The translations under genes were made by a program, and so were the position numbers. Under the pieces are notes generated by a model. That model saw only the letters and a list, made by a program, of their open reading frames with translations, had not been told where the DNA came from and searched no databases. This document shows, one piece after another, positions 34,547 through 43,208 of a stretch of DNA of 64,000 nucleotides. How positions within the stretch are numbered: position 1 is the first letter of the stretch; each line of letters starts with the position of its first letter. Source of the DNA: Vicinamibacterales bacterium (GTDB lineage Bacteria > Acidobacteriota > Vicinamibacteria > Vicinamibacterales > UBA2999); NCBI GenBank assembly GCA_041659285.1, contig JBAZYO010000005.1:83188-147187 (forward strand), given 5' to 3'.

Positions 34547-34585
34547 GCCCAATAACTTAGCACCACTGCCCTCCCCTTTCTTCGC

Positions 34586-34616
34586 TGGATACTGGCCGCG
34601 GGATACTGGATACTGC
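34586..34616. promoter_or_regulatory. three direct copies of GGATACTG in an 80-nt divergent intergenic region
   Basis: 'tGGATACTGg ccgcg gGGATACTG GATACTGc'. Confidence 0.4.
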
Positions 34617-34625
34617 CCTTCTGCC

Positions 34626-35858
34626 ATGAAGCTGTACGGCCGCCAGGACCTGTTGCTCATCGGCGCCCTCACGACGGCTCTCATCGTGATCTTCTCGTCG
34701 CCCATTTCGCGCATGCTCGATTACGCGCGGGAGATCGAGCGGCAGAGCGGGCTCACGTTGATGCCGGCGCTGGTCCTGCTGACCGGCGCCTTCTTCTTCC
34801 ACCTGTACCGCCGCAGTCACCACGAGCAGGCCAAGTCCGCGGCGGCGGAGATTGCCACCAGGGAAGCGCAGCATCGCGCCGAGGAGCTCGAGCGCCTGGT
34901 CGGTTTCGGCCAGGCGCTGGGCCGCGCGCTGGACTTCGACTCGATTCGCGTGGCCATCGCCCAGCACATGCCGGTGTTGGCGGGCACCGATCACGTGTGG
35001 GTGCTGGTGCGCGAGGGCACGGAATGGCAGGCGCTCTCGGGCGACACGCGGGGCGCCGAGGAAGTGTTGCAGTGGGGCGACATCGCGGAGCAACTGCTGA
35101 CCGGCGGCGGGTCCGACAAGACGCCGGCCCAGCCCGCGCAGCCGCGCACGGCGGGCTTTCCGCTCGTGGTCGCCGGCACCGCGCTGGGCGTGCTCGGCGT
35201 GCGTCCCGACGCGGGACCGCTGGCGCCGGACCGGCGCCGCGTCATCGAAGCGGCGGCGGCGCTGCTGGCGGTGTCGATCAAGAACGCGCAGCTGTTCCGC
35301 GAGGTGCGCGAGAACAGCGTGCGCGATGCGCTCACCGGCTGCTACACCCGCGGCCACGCGCTGGACGTGATCGACGCGGAACTGCGGCGCGCGCGCCGCA
35401 GCCAGACGCCGGTGTCGCTGATCATGTTCGACCTCGATCATTTCAAGGACGTCAACGATCGCTACGGCCACCTGTGCGGCGACGCGGTGCTGAGCGCGGT
35501 GGGCAAGCGCATGAAAGAAGTGCTGCGCGGCTCGGACCTCAAGTGCCGCTACGGCGGCGAGGAGTTCCTGGTGCTGCTGCCGGAAACGCCGCTTCACGGC
35601 GCCCGCCGCGTGGCCGAGACGCTGCGCAAGGAGATTGCCGACCGGCCCGTGCCGTGGGCCGGCGAGGGGCTGACGATCACGGCGAGCTTCGGCCTGGCGC
35701 AGACGCTGCCGGGCGAGGTCAACGTGCAGGCGGTAATCGCGCGCGCCGACCAGGCGCTGTACCGCGCCAAAGACGACGGCCGCAACTGCGTGCGCATTGC
35801 CGCCGAGACCGCGACGCTCATCGCCGACGACAGCAATCGACAAAATCGCGTCAGCTAG
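34626..35858 (+). CDS. membrane-anchored GAF-like/GGDEF diguanylate cyclase
   Basis: Two N-terminal TM segments, then 'LTGCYTRGH', 'FDLDHFKDVNDRYGH' and 'RYGGEEF'. ATG 34626 is preferred over 34305. Confidence 0.85.
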   Translation: MKLYGRQDLLLIGALTTALIVIFSSPISRMLDYAREIERQSGLTLMPALVLLTGAFFFHLYRRSHHEQAKSAAAEIATREAQHRAEELERLVGFGQALGRALDFDSIRVAIAQHMPVLAGTDHVWVLVREGTEWQALSGDTRGAEEVLQWGDIAEQLLTGGGSDKTPAQPAQPRTAGFPLVVAGTALGVLGVRPDAGPLAPDRRRVIEAAAALLAVSIKNAQLFREVRENSVRDALTGCYTRGHALDVIDAELRRARRSQTPVSLIMFDLDHFKDVNDRYGHLCGDAVLSAVGKRMKEVLRGSDLKCRYGGEEFLVLLPETPLHGARRVAETLRKEIADRPVPWAGEGLTITASFGLAQTLPGEVNVQAVIARADQALYRAKDDGRNCVRIAAETATLIADDSNRQNRVS

Positions 35859-36106
35859 CTCCCACGCGCTCCCTAAGCGCCCCACGCGAAGGCCGCTCGC
35901 CGTCAGCTTCCGCACTCGCTCGAGAGGGCTGTCAACTCGCAGCTCGGCCTGACTGTCGCCCGAGCGCTCGCTGCAGGTTGTCGGCCAAAAACCTGCCCGT
36001 CGGGGCGCTGTTGATACCCCCGATCTCATAAATCGCGGTCGCCCCTCCTCCCGCCCGCTCTCGCTCGTGCTCCAGCTGACGGCAAGCGGCCTTCGGACTG
36101 TGGCGC

Positions 36107-36296
36107 GGCGCGCGAGGCGGTATGGCTCAGCGTGAGCGTTCGACTGAGCCGACGCAGGTTCGTGACCGACAAACCGAGGGTAGGCCACAATTGGCCGCGG
36201 CGGGGTTTGGTTGGTCATCGGCGGAGCGCACAGCTCGCCGACCGAGGTTTGACCGGCGAAGGAGAGCGAACGCTGAGCCATACCGCCTTGCGCGCC
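36107..36296. other. 190-nt element bounded by 26-nt terminal inverted repeats (structured RNA or MITE-like)
   Basis: 'ggcgcgcgaggcggtatggctcagcg' pairs with 'cgctgagccataccgccttgcgcgcc' (25 Watson-Crick pairs plus one G:T). It lies in a 570-nt stretch without a credible ORF. Confidence 0.5.
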
Positions 36297-36432
36297 GTCG
36301 AGACGCGCGAGGGCGACTCGCGACCCAACCACCCCAGAGAGGCGGCAATCAGGGCCTTCCTGGCGGCCGGAGAGGCCTCATTCAAAAAGGTCATGTGTTG
36401 AATAAAATCCAGTAATTAGTTATGTTTTGCGG

Positions 36433-36957
36433 ATGATCGACGAAATTGACGGCACGTTACTGGATATTCTTCAGTACAACGCCAGAACTTCTCAGGCCGA
36501 ACTGGCGAAGGCGGTCGGCCTGGCCCCCTCGGCGATCACGGAGCGGCTCAGGAAGCTCGAGGCGAAGGGCATTATCAAGGATTACGTGGCCTTGATCGAC
36601 CCCCATGTGGTGGACCGCGGGCTGCTGGCGTTTGTGTCGGTGCGGACCTCGGAGCACGGGCCGGACATGCCGTCGGCGATCGAGTTGAGCCGGATACCCG
36701 AGGTGCTCGAGGTGCATCACGTGGCCGGCGACGACTGTTACCTGCTGAAAGTGCGCGCGCGTGACGCGGAGCACTTGGGGCAGATCCTCCGCCAGCAGAT
36801 CGCGTCCACGGTGAGCGTGACCTCCACGCGCACGACCATCGTGCTCGAGACGGTGAAGGAGGATCCGCGCATCGCCATCCCGAAAGAGAAGACGCTGCCG
36901 CGGCCTGCCCGCCGTCCTGTCCGCAGTAGCCTTGGCGAAGGCGGGAGCGAGCCGTGA
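36433..36957 (+). CDS. Lrp/AsnC family transcriptional regulator
   Basis: 'LLDILQYNARTSQAELAKAVGLAPSAITERLRKLEAKGII'. An AT-rich promoter region lies upstream. Confidence 0.85.
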   Translation: MIDEIDGTLLDILQYNARTSQAELAKAVGLAPSAITERLRKLEAKGIIKDYVALIDPHVVDRGLLAFVSVRTSEHGPDMPSAIELSRIPEVLEVHHVAGDDCYLLKVRARDAEHLGQILRQQIASTVSVTSTRTTIVLETVKEDPRIAIPKEKTLPRPARRPVRSSLGEGGSEP

Positions 36958-37823
36958 GCCTCGCCTACGCCGCCTTCATCACCGTTTGCATTGTCTGGGG
37001 CACCACTTACCTCGGGATTCGGGTCGCGCTCGATACCGTGCCGGTGCTGCTCCTGGCCGGCCTGCGCTGGATGGCGGCGGGCCTGCTGCTGAGCGGCATC
37101 CTGCTGGCGATGGGCCGGCGCCTGCCGCCGCCGCGGATGTGGGGCCCGCTGGTCCTGCTCGGCTTCCTGATGAACATTGTCGGCAACGGCTTCGTGGTGT
37201 TCGCGCAGCAGTACGTCGCCAGCGGCCTGACGGCGGTGTTGATCGCGACCACGCCGTTCTGGTCGGCGTTGCTCGAGCGATTGCTGCCCAACGGCGAGCG
37301 CTTCACGACGCGATCGCTCGTCGGCCTCACGATCGGGTTTTCGGGAATTGTGATCCTGGTGTGGCCCGAGATGTCGCAAGGCGGCGCCGGCGGACGCGCG
37401 TTCATCGGCGGCGTCATCGCGATTCAACTCGCGTGCATCGGCTGGGTGATCGGCACGTCGTACGCCAAGCGTCACGAGTTGGGCGACAACCCGTTTCCGT
37501 CGGCGGCGCTGCAGATGGTGTTCAGCGGGATCATGCTGCTGACGGCGGCGACGTTGCACGGCGACTGGGCGCAGCTGTCGTTCACGCCGCGGACGCTGGG
37601 GGCGCTGGCCTACCTCAGCGTGGCCGGCTCGCTGGTCGCCTATTCGGCGTACATCTACGCCATTCAACACCTGCGTCTCTCGCTGGTGTCGCTCTATGCC
37701 TACATCAACCCGATCATCGCGGTGGCGCTGGGAACCGTACTGCTAGGGGAACCCCTTTCTCCACGCATCTTGCTTGCGGCACTTCTTGTGCTCGCAGGGA
37801 CGTGGATTGTGGGCAGAAAGTGA
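36954..37823 (+). CDS. EamA/DMT family transporter
   Basis: 'AAFITVCIVWGTTYLGIRVAL', about 10 TM segments. GTGA overlap with lrp. Confidence 0.85.
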   Translation: MSLAYAAFITVCIVWGTTYLGIRVALDTVPVLLLAGLRWMAAGLLLSGILLAMGRRLPPPRMWGPLVLLGFLMNIVGNGFVVFAQQYVASGLTAVLIATTPFWSALLERLLPNGERFTTRSLVGLTIGFSGIVILVWPEMSQGGAGGRAFIGGVIAIQLACIGWVIGTSYAKRHELGDNPFPSAALQMVFSGIMLLTAATLHGDWAQLSFTPRTLGALAYLSVAGSLVAYSAYIYAIQHLRLSLVSLYAYINPIIAVALGTVLLGEPLSPRILLAALLVLAGTWIVGRK

Positions 37824-37827
37824 CGCG

Positions 37828-37951
37828 GATTTGGTGATTTGGCGATTTGGTGAGCTGGTGATTTAGGTTGCGGAATCTCAAGATTTTCAAATCTTCAGAT
37901 TTCGGATCCCAAATCACAAAATCACCACATCACGAGATCACCAAATCATCC
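37828..37951. repeat. ~125-nt imperfect palindrome built from octamer repeats (GATTTGGT ... ACCAAATC)
   Basis: The left arm 'gatttggt gatttggc gatttggt gagctggt gatttagg' is mirrored by 'cccaaatc acaaaatc accacatc acgagatc accaaatc'. The centre carries the palindromes 'aatctcaagatt', 'aagattttcaaatctt' and 'aaatcttcagattt'. Confidence 0.8.
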
Positions 37952-38899
37952 CTTGTACAACACCCGGCCAAGCCGCTTGTTCCAGGACGTGAACTCGTCG
38001 GTCGACGGGGCCTCGCCGATCGCGCGGCGGACCTGGTTGATCTTGGCGTCGAGTTCATCCACCGAGGCCAGGATGAACGCCTCGATCGACTTCGGCTCCA
38101 CCGGCGAGCCGTACTCACGGGTGCCGTGATGCGAGGCGATCAGGTGCTCCACCTGCGCGCGCAGCTCCACCGGGAAGCCCGAGATGCCGTTGATGGCCTC
38201 GCGCACGAGCATCAGGCCCAGCGCGATGTGGCCCACCATGTTGCCGTCGCGCGTGTAGCTGCCGGAACCGCCCTCGTAGGCCAGCTCCTGCAGCTTGCCG
38301 ATGTCGTGGAGGACGACGCCCGCGAACACCACATCTTCGTCGGCGCCGTAGCAGCGCGCGAGGTGCGCGCCGACTTCAGCCATCTTGGTGATGTGCTCGA
38401 GGAAGCCGCCGCGATACGCGTGATGAATGGTCTGCGCCGCCGGCCAGGTCCGCAGCTGATCGGCGTGATCGGCAACCACCCGGTTCAGCAGTACACGGAT
38501 GTGATCGTTTCTGACGGCGCGGAGCCGCACTTGCAGCTCCTCCCACATCTCGTCGATCGGCCGCGGCGCGCTGAGGATGCAGTCTTCTTCGCGGAACCCC
38601 TGCAGGCGATCCTGGTCGGGACTGACGCGGCGGATGGTGCCGAGGATCAGCTGCACCTCGCCGTTGTAGAGGCTGCCGCGGCCTTCGACCCGCACGAACT
38701 CGCCGGGTTCGAACTCGGCGCGGAGGCGCTCGAGGTCGGAGAGAATTTTCGCGGTGACCTGGCCGGAGGCATCCTGCAGGTTGAGGATGGCAAACTCGCT
38801 GCCGCTGCGGCCGGCGCGAATCTCCTTGTAGGTACAGAGGAAGTAGCCCCAGCCGGCATCGTCTGTGGTGAGCTTCGCGAGGCGGGGAAGCCGCGTCAT
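37946..38899 (-). CDS. OB-fold + HD-domain protein, YhaM-like 3'-5' exoribonuclease family
   Basis: N-terminal OB region 'FAILNLQDASGQVTAKI...VRVEGRGSLYNGEVQL'. HD motifs 'HHAYRGGFLEH' and 'LHDIGK'. Confidence 0.75.
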   Translation of the reverse strand: MTRLPRLAKLTTDDAGWGYFLCTYKEIRAGRSGSEFAILNLQDASGQVTAKILSDLERLRAEFEPGEFVRVEGRGSLYNGEVQLILGTIRRVSPDQDRLQGFREEDCILSAPRPIDEMWEELQVRLRAVRNDHIRVLLNRVVADHADQLRTWPAAQTIHHAYRGGFLEHITKMAEVGAHLARCYGADEDVVFAGVVLHDIGKLQELAYEGGSGSYTRDGNMVGHIALGLMLVREAINGISGFPVELRAQVEHLIASHHGTREYGSPVEPKSIEAFILASVDELDAKINQVRRAIGEAPSTDEFTSWNKRLGRVLYKG

Positions 38900-39342
38900 T
38901 CCGCCCCGAGCGCGAATGTCATCGTGCCGTGGATGACCACCTTCTTGCCGACGCGGGCGCGGCCTTCGAGCACGCCCATGCGGCTCTTGAGGCGCTTCAC
39001 GTTGGCCTCGATCACCACCTGATCCCCGGCGTGCACCGGCGCGCGGAAGCGGACCCGCTCCATGCCGCGGAAGAAGATCAACATGCCCTTGTTCTCGGGC
39101 TTGGCCAGGATGAGGATGGCGCCGACCTGCGCGACCGCCTCGGTCAGGATGGTCGGCGGCAGCGTGGGCCGGCCGTTGAGGCCGTTCCGGCTCAGGTAAG
39201 GCTCGTTCACCGACACGTTCTTGATACCCACGATCCGCAGATCGGGTTCGAATTCGATGATGCGATCGACGAGCAGGAACGGCGAGCGGTGGGGCAGAAT
39301 CCGCTCGATCGCCGTGATGTCCAGCGGCAGTGCAATGTCCAT
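38896..39342 (-). CDS. FabZ-like hotdog-fold protein lacking the canonical catalytic His
   Basis: 'ILPHRSPFLLVDRIIEF...IKNVSVNEPYLSRNGLNGRPTLPPTILTEAVAQ'. The 'FF.GHFP' box is replaced by 'YLSRNGLNGRP'. ATGA overlap with the downstream gene. Confidence 0.7.
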   Translation of the reverse strand: MDIALPLDITAIERILPHRSPFLLVDRIIEFEPDLRIVGIKNVSVNEPYLSRNGLNGRPTLPPTILTEAVAQVGAILILAKPENKGMLIFFRGMERVRFRAPVHAGDQVVIEANVKRLKSRMGVLEGRARVGKKVVIHGTMTFALGAE

Positions 39343-39381
39343 GGAGATCAGAATTATACTTCGCCCTTTGGAGGCCCCGTG

Positions 39382-41427
39382 ATGCGTAAGACCCTGGTCG
39401 CCGTTGCGCTCGTGCTGGTTTCCGCCACGAACCCGTTTGCCCAGGCGAAGCGGGCCGTCACCTTCGACGACGTGCTCAACGTCAAGGCGGTGGGTGGGGC
39501 GACCATCTCGCCGGATGGCAGCCAGGTGCTGTACACGGTGCGCGCGTGGGTCTCCGAAAAGGACCGCATGGAGTCGCGGACGCACGTCTGGAAGGTGGCG
39601 GCCAACGGGTCGGCGCCGGCCCGGCAGATCACGTTCGGCGACAAGGGCGAGAGCCAGCCGCAGTGGTCGCCCAACGGCCGCTTCATCAGCTTCGTGTCGG
39701 CCCGCGGCACCGGTGAAGAGGTCAAGGCGCAGGTCCACGCGATGCGCGCCGACGGCGGCGAGGCGTGGACGGTGACCGATACCAAGGAGAACGTGACGGC
39801 GTATTCGTGGGCGCCCGACAGCGCGCGCATCGCCTTCGTGTCCACCGACCCGCGCAGCGCCGATGACGAGGCCGCCATCAAGAAGCGGGACGACGAGCGC
39901 GTGTTCGAGGGCGATTTCCGCTACGCGCACGTGTGGGTGGTGCCAGTAGGGCCGCACTTTAGTGCGGCCGCCGCGACGCGCATCACCGAAGGCACCGCCT
40001 TCACGGTCAGCGGGGCGCCGTCGTGGGCCCCGGATGGCAAGCGCTTCGTGTTTGGCGCCGCCGCCACGCCGATGCTGCGCGACAACCGCCGCGACGTCTA
40101 TCTGGCGGACCTCGCGACGAAACAGGTCGAGAAAATCAGCACCAACTTCGGCAACGACGGCTCGCCGCGCTGGTCGCCGGACGGCAAGCTGATCACCTGG
40201 ACCGCCGAGCCCGACAGCCACGGCCCGATTCCCGACGGCACGGCGGTGGGCCCGGTGCTGCAGTCGAAGCTGATGCTCTACGACGTGGCGGCGAAGACCG
40301 TGAAGAACGTGTCGTCGCCGGCCTTCGACACCGACGCCGGCGCGCCGCAGTGGACGGCGGAAGGCAAGCGCATCACCTTCGTCGCCGGCAAGCGCGCCTA
40401 CACCGAGGTGTTCGCCTACGACCTGACCACCGGCGTCTACAGCCAGTTGAGCCAGAAGCGGACCATCAACGGCGCGTCGTACAGCAAAGACGGCAAGACC
40501 ATCGCCGTGACCATGGACACGCCGGATTCGGCATCCGAGATCCTCGTGACCGATCCGTCGTTCGCGAGCTTCCGCAAGCTGACCACCACCAACCCGCAGC
40601 TCGCCGAGCTGGCGCAGGGCGACACCGAAGTGGTGACCTGGAAAGGCGACGCCGGCCTGGAAGTGGAGGGCGTGCTGCTGAAGCCGGTGGGCTACTCGGC
40701 CGGCACGAAGTATCCGACGCTGGTGGTGGCGCACGGTGGCCCCGCCGGGGCGTATGTAAACGGCTTCCGCCTGGGCGGCCTTGAGGGTGGGCAGGTGTGG
40801 GCCAACAAGGGCTGGGCGGTGTTCTATCCCAACCCGCGCGGCAGCACCAACTACGGCGAGAAGTTCCTGCAGAACAACGTCAACGACTGGGGCGGCGGCG
40901 ACTACAAGGACATCATGACCGGCGTGGACGCGCTGGTGGCGCGCGGCATCGCCGACCCCGACAAGCTGGCGCACATCGGCTGGAGCTACGGCGGTTACAT
41001 GACGGCCTGGGTGATCACGCAGACCAGCCGCTTCAAGGCGGCCATGGTCGGCGCCGGCCTCACCAACATGTGGAGCATGTACGGCACCAACGACATCCCC
41101 AGCGTGCTGATCAGCTATTTCGGGGGCATCCCCAATGCCAGGACGCTGCCGCTCTATTTGGAACGGTCGGCGATGACCCACATCGACAGGGTGACGACGC
41201 CCACCCTCATCCTGCACGGTGCGAACGACGAGCGGGTGCCGGTGGGGCAGGCGCAGGAACTCTACCGGGCCCTGAAAGATCGCGGCAAGCCCACGGAATT
41301 GGTGTTTTACCCGCGCGAAGGACACGGGTTTAGCGAGTACTATCATCAGAAGGACCGCATGCAGCGGATCTACGACTGGGTGACGAAGTACACCCTCGGC
41401 GCATCTGATAAAACGACACAACAATGA
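39382..41427 (+). CDS. S9 family serine peptidase (prolyl oligopeptidase/acylaminoacyl peptidase-like)
   Basis: Signal peptide 'MRKTLVAVALVLVSATNPFAQA', beta-propeller repeats ('WSPDG' three times) and nucleophile 'GWSYGGYM'. GGAGG lies upstream. Confidence 0.85.
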   Translation: MRKTLVAVALVLVSATNPFAQAKRAVTFDDVLNVKAVGGATISPDGSQVLYTVRAWVSEKDRMESRTHVWKVAANGSAPARQITFGDKGESQPQWSPNGRFISFVSARGTGEEVKAQVHAMRADGGEAWTVTDTKENVTAYSWAPDSARIAFVSTDPRSADDEAAIKKRDDERVFEGDFRYAHVWVVPVGPHFSAAAATRITEGTAFTVSGAPSWAPDGKRFVFGAAATPMLRDNRRDVYLADLATKQVEKISTNFGNDGSPRWSPDGKLITWTAEPDSHGPIPDGTAVGPVLQSKLMLYDVAAKTVKNVSSPAFDTDAGAPQWTAEGKRITFVAGKRAYTEVFAYDLTTGVYSQLSQKRTINGASYSKDGKTIAVTMDTPDSASEILVTDPSFASFRKLTTTNPQLAELAQGDTEVVTWKGDAGLEVEGVLLKPVGYSAGTKYPTLVVAHGGPAGAYVNGFRLGGLEGGQVWANKGWAVFYPNPRGSTNYGEKFLQNNVNDWGGGDYKDIMTGVDALVARGIADPDKLAHIGWSYGGYMTAWVITQTSRFKAAMVGAGLTNMWSMYGTNDIPSVLISYFGGIPNARTLPLYLERSAMTHIDRVTTPTLILHGANDERVPVGQAQELYRALKDRGKPTELVFYPREGHGFSEYYHQKDRMQRIYDWVTKYTLGASDKTTQQ

Positions 41428-43208
41428 CTGAACCCGCGCCGCATGGCGCCGCCAGCAGCACCGCCTCCGACGCCGAGCTGCTGGCCATCCTCGCCGAACT
41501 GGGACGTGAGGTCAGCTCCGTGCTCGACCTCAACACGCTCCTCGAAAGAATCCCGCAGCTCATCTCGCGGCTCACCAAGTTCACGGTCTTCTCGGTCTAC
41601 CTGCTCGACGAGAAGCGGCAGGAACTGAGCATCGCCTACGCCCTCGGCTACCCCGAGGAAATCGTCAAGCACTTCACGCTGCAGATGGGCCAGGGCATCG
41701 TCGGCACGGCCATCGCCGAGCAGCGGCCCATCCTGTTGAACGATGTCGATTCCGACGCCCGCTACCTGGCAGTGGTGCCGGGCGCCAAGTCGCAGCTGGC
41801 GGTGCCGCTGCGCAACAAGGGCAAGGTGATCGGCGCCCTCAACCTGCTGAGCGACCGCACCGGCGCGTTCACCGAACGCGACGAGTGGATCCTGCGGCAG
41901 TTCGGCGCGCACGTCGCCCAGGGCATCGCCACGGCCCGGCTGTTCGAGTCGGAGCGGGAATACGCCGAGACGCTCGAGACGCTCGCGGAAATCGGCCGCG
42001 AGATGACCTCCATTCTCGACCCCGACGAGCTGTTGACGCGCCTCGCCCACCTCATCAAGCGCGTCATCGACTACCGCATCTTCGGCATCCTCCTGCTGGA
42101 CGAAGACACCGGCGTGCTCGAAATGAAGGTGGCGATCAAGTACGGCGACGACCCGGCGGCGATGGAACCCGTGAAGCTCGGCGAAGGCCTGGTCGGCTAC
42201 GCCGCCCTCCACAAGGAAGTGGTGCTGGTCCCCGACGTGTTGGAGGATCCGCGCTACATCAACGCGGTGCCCGGCGTGCGATCCGAGCTCGTGATCCCGC
42301 TGATGCTGAAGGACCGCTGCATCGGCGTGTTCGACCTTGAAAGCCCGGAGCGCGACGCCTTCAACACCAAGAACGTCAAGCTGCTCACGCTGCTGGCCTC
42401 GGAAGCCGCGGTGGCGCTCGACAACGCGCGCCTCTACGAGTCGATTCGCGCCAACGAGGCGCGCTTCGAGAAGGAGCTGCGGTTCGCCAAGCGCGTCCAG
42501 ATGGCGCTGCTGCCGCAGGAGCTGCCCAAGCGCCTGCGGGGCGTGGACGTGTCGTGGCACTTCGATCCGGCCCGCGAGCTGGGCGGCGACCTCTGTGACT
42601 TCCTGTCGCCCGAGCCCAACACGCTGGTGGTGGCGGTCGGCGACGTCTCAGGCAAGGGCGTGCCGGCGGCCCTCTATGGCGCGGCGATCGGCGAGATGGT
42701 CCGTGGCCGCACGTTCCGCCGCCGGCTGGAGAAGGAACGCAGCACGCCGGCCGCGGTGCTGGCCGGCATGAACCGCATCCTCCACGAACGCAACCTGGAG
42801 GAGTACTACTGCACGCTGTGCTACGCGATGTTCGAGTTCAAGAAGCAGATCGTCACGTTCGCCAACTCTGGCCTGCCCTACCCGGTGCGGTGCAGCGACG
42901 GCAAGGCGACGCAGATCGACATGCCCGGCGTGCCGCTCGGCTCATTCGGCAGCTCCACCTACGACGAGGTGCAGGTGCCGCTCGCGCCCGGGGACGTGTT
43001 CGTGTTCTGTTCCGACGGCATCTCGGAGGCGTTCGACGAGGCCGGCATGGAATTCGGGGGCGCCCGCCTGATCGAGGTGATCGAACGCACGCACACGCAG
43101 CCGGCGAAGGAAATTGTCGGGGAGATCTTTGGCGCCGTTCAGCAGTTCTGCGGCGACGCCGAGCAGTCAGACGACCGGACGGTCGTGGTGGTGAAGATTA
43201 ATCAGTGA
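41424..43208 (+). CDS. GAF-GAF-PP2C (SpoIIE-type) serine phosphatase
   Basis: Two GAF-like modules ('GIVGTAIAEQRPILLNDV', 'GLVGYAALHKEVVLVPDV') and a PP2C core 'VVAVGDVSGKGVPAALY...DDRTVVVV'. Confidence 0.85.
   Translation: MTEPAPHGAASSTASDAELLAILAELGREVSSVLDLNTLLERIPQLISRLTKFTVFSVYLLDEKRQELSIAYALGYPEEIVKHFTLQMGQGIVGTAIAEQRPILLNDVDSDARYLAVVPGAKSQLAVPLRNKGKVIGALNLLSDRTGAFTERDEWILRQFGAHVAQGIATARLFESEREYAETLETLAEIGREMTSILDPDELLTRLAHLIKRVIDYRIFGILLLDEDTGVLEMKVAIKYGDDPAAMEPVKLGEGLVGYAALHKEVVLVPDVLEDPRYINAVPGVRSELVIPLMLKDRCIGVFDLESPERDAFNTKNVKLLTLLASEAAVALDNARLYESIRANEARFEKELRFAKRVQMALLPQELPKRLRGVDVSWHFDPARELGGDLCDFLSPEPNTLVVAVGDVSGKGVPAALYGAAIGEMVRGRTFRRRLEKERSTPAAVLAGMNRILHERNLEEYYCTLCYAMFEFKKQIVTFANSGLPYPVRCSDGKATQIDMPGVPLGSFGSSTYDEVQVPLAPGDVFVFCSDGISEAFDEAGMEFGGARLIEVIERTHTQPAKEIVGEIFGAVQQFCGDAEQSDDRTVVVVKINQ

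Noticed and set aside
34557-36332. 591-aa minus-strand ORF
   Set aside because: It is antisense to the GGDEF cyclase and then runs through the ORF-poor gap. It has low-complexity Arg/Ala/Gly composition and no recognisable domain.
39343-41424. Upstream 690 codons of the 842-aa minus-strand ORF 38896..41424
   Set aside because: This part is antisense to the S9 peptidase, which has a signal peptide, propeller repeats and a GxSxGG nucleophile. Only the last 148 codons (FabZ-like, own ATG at 39342) look real.
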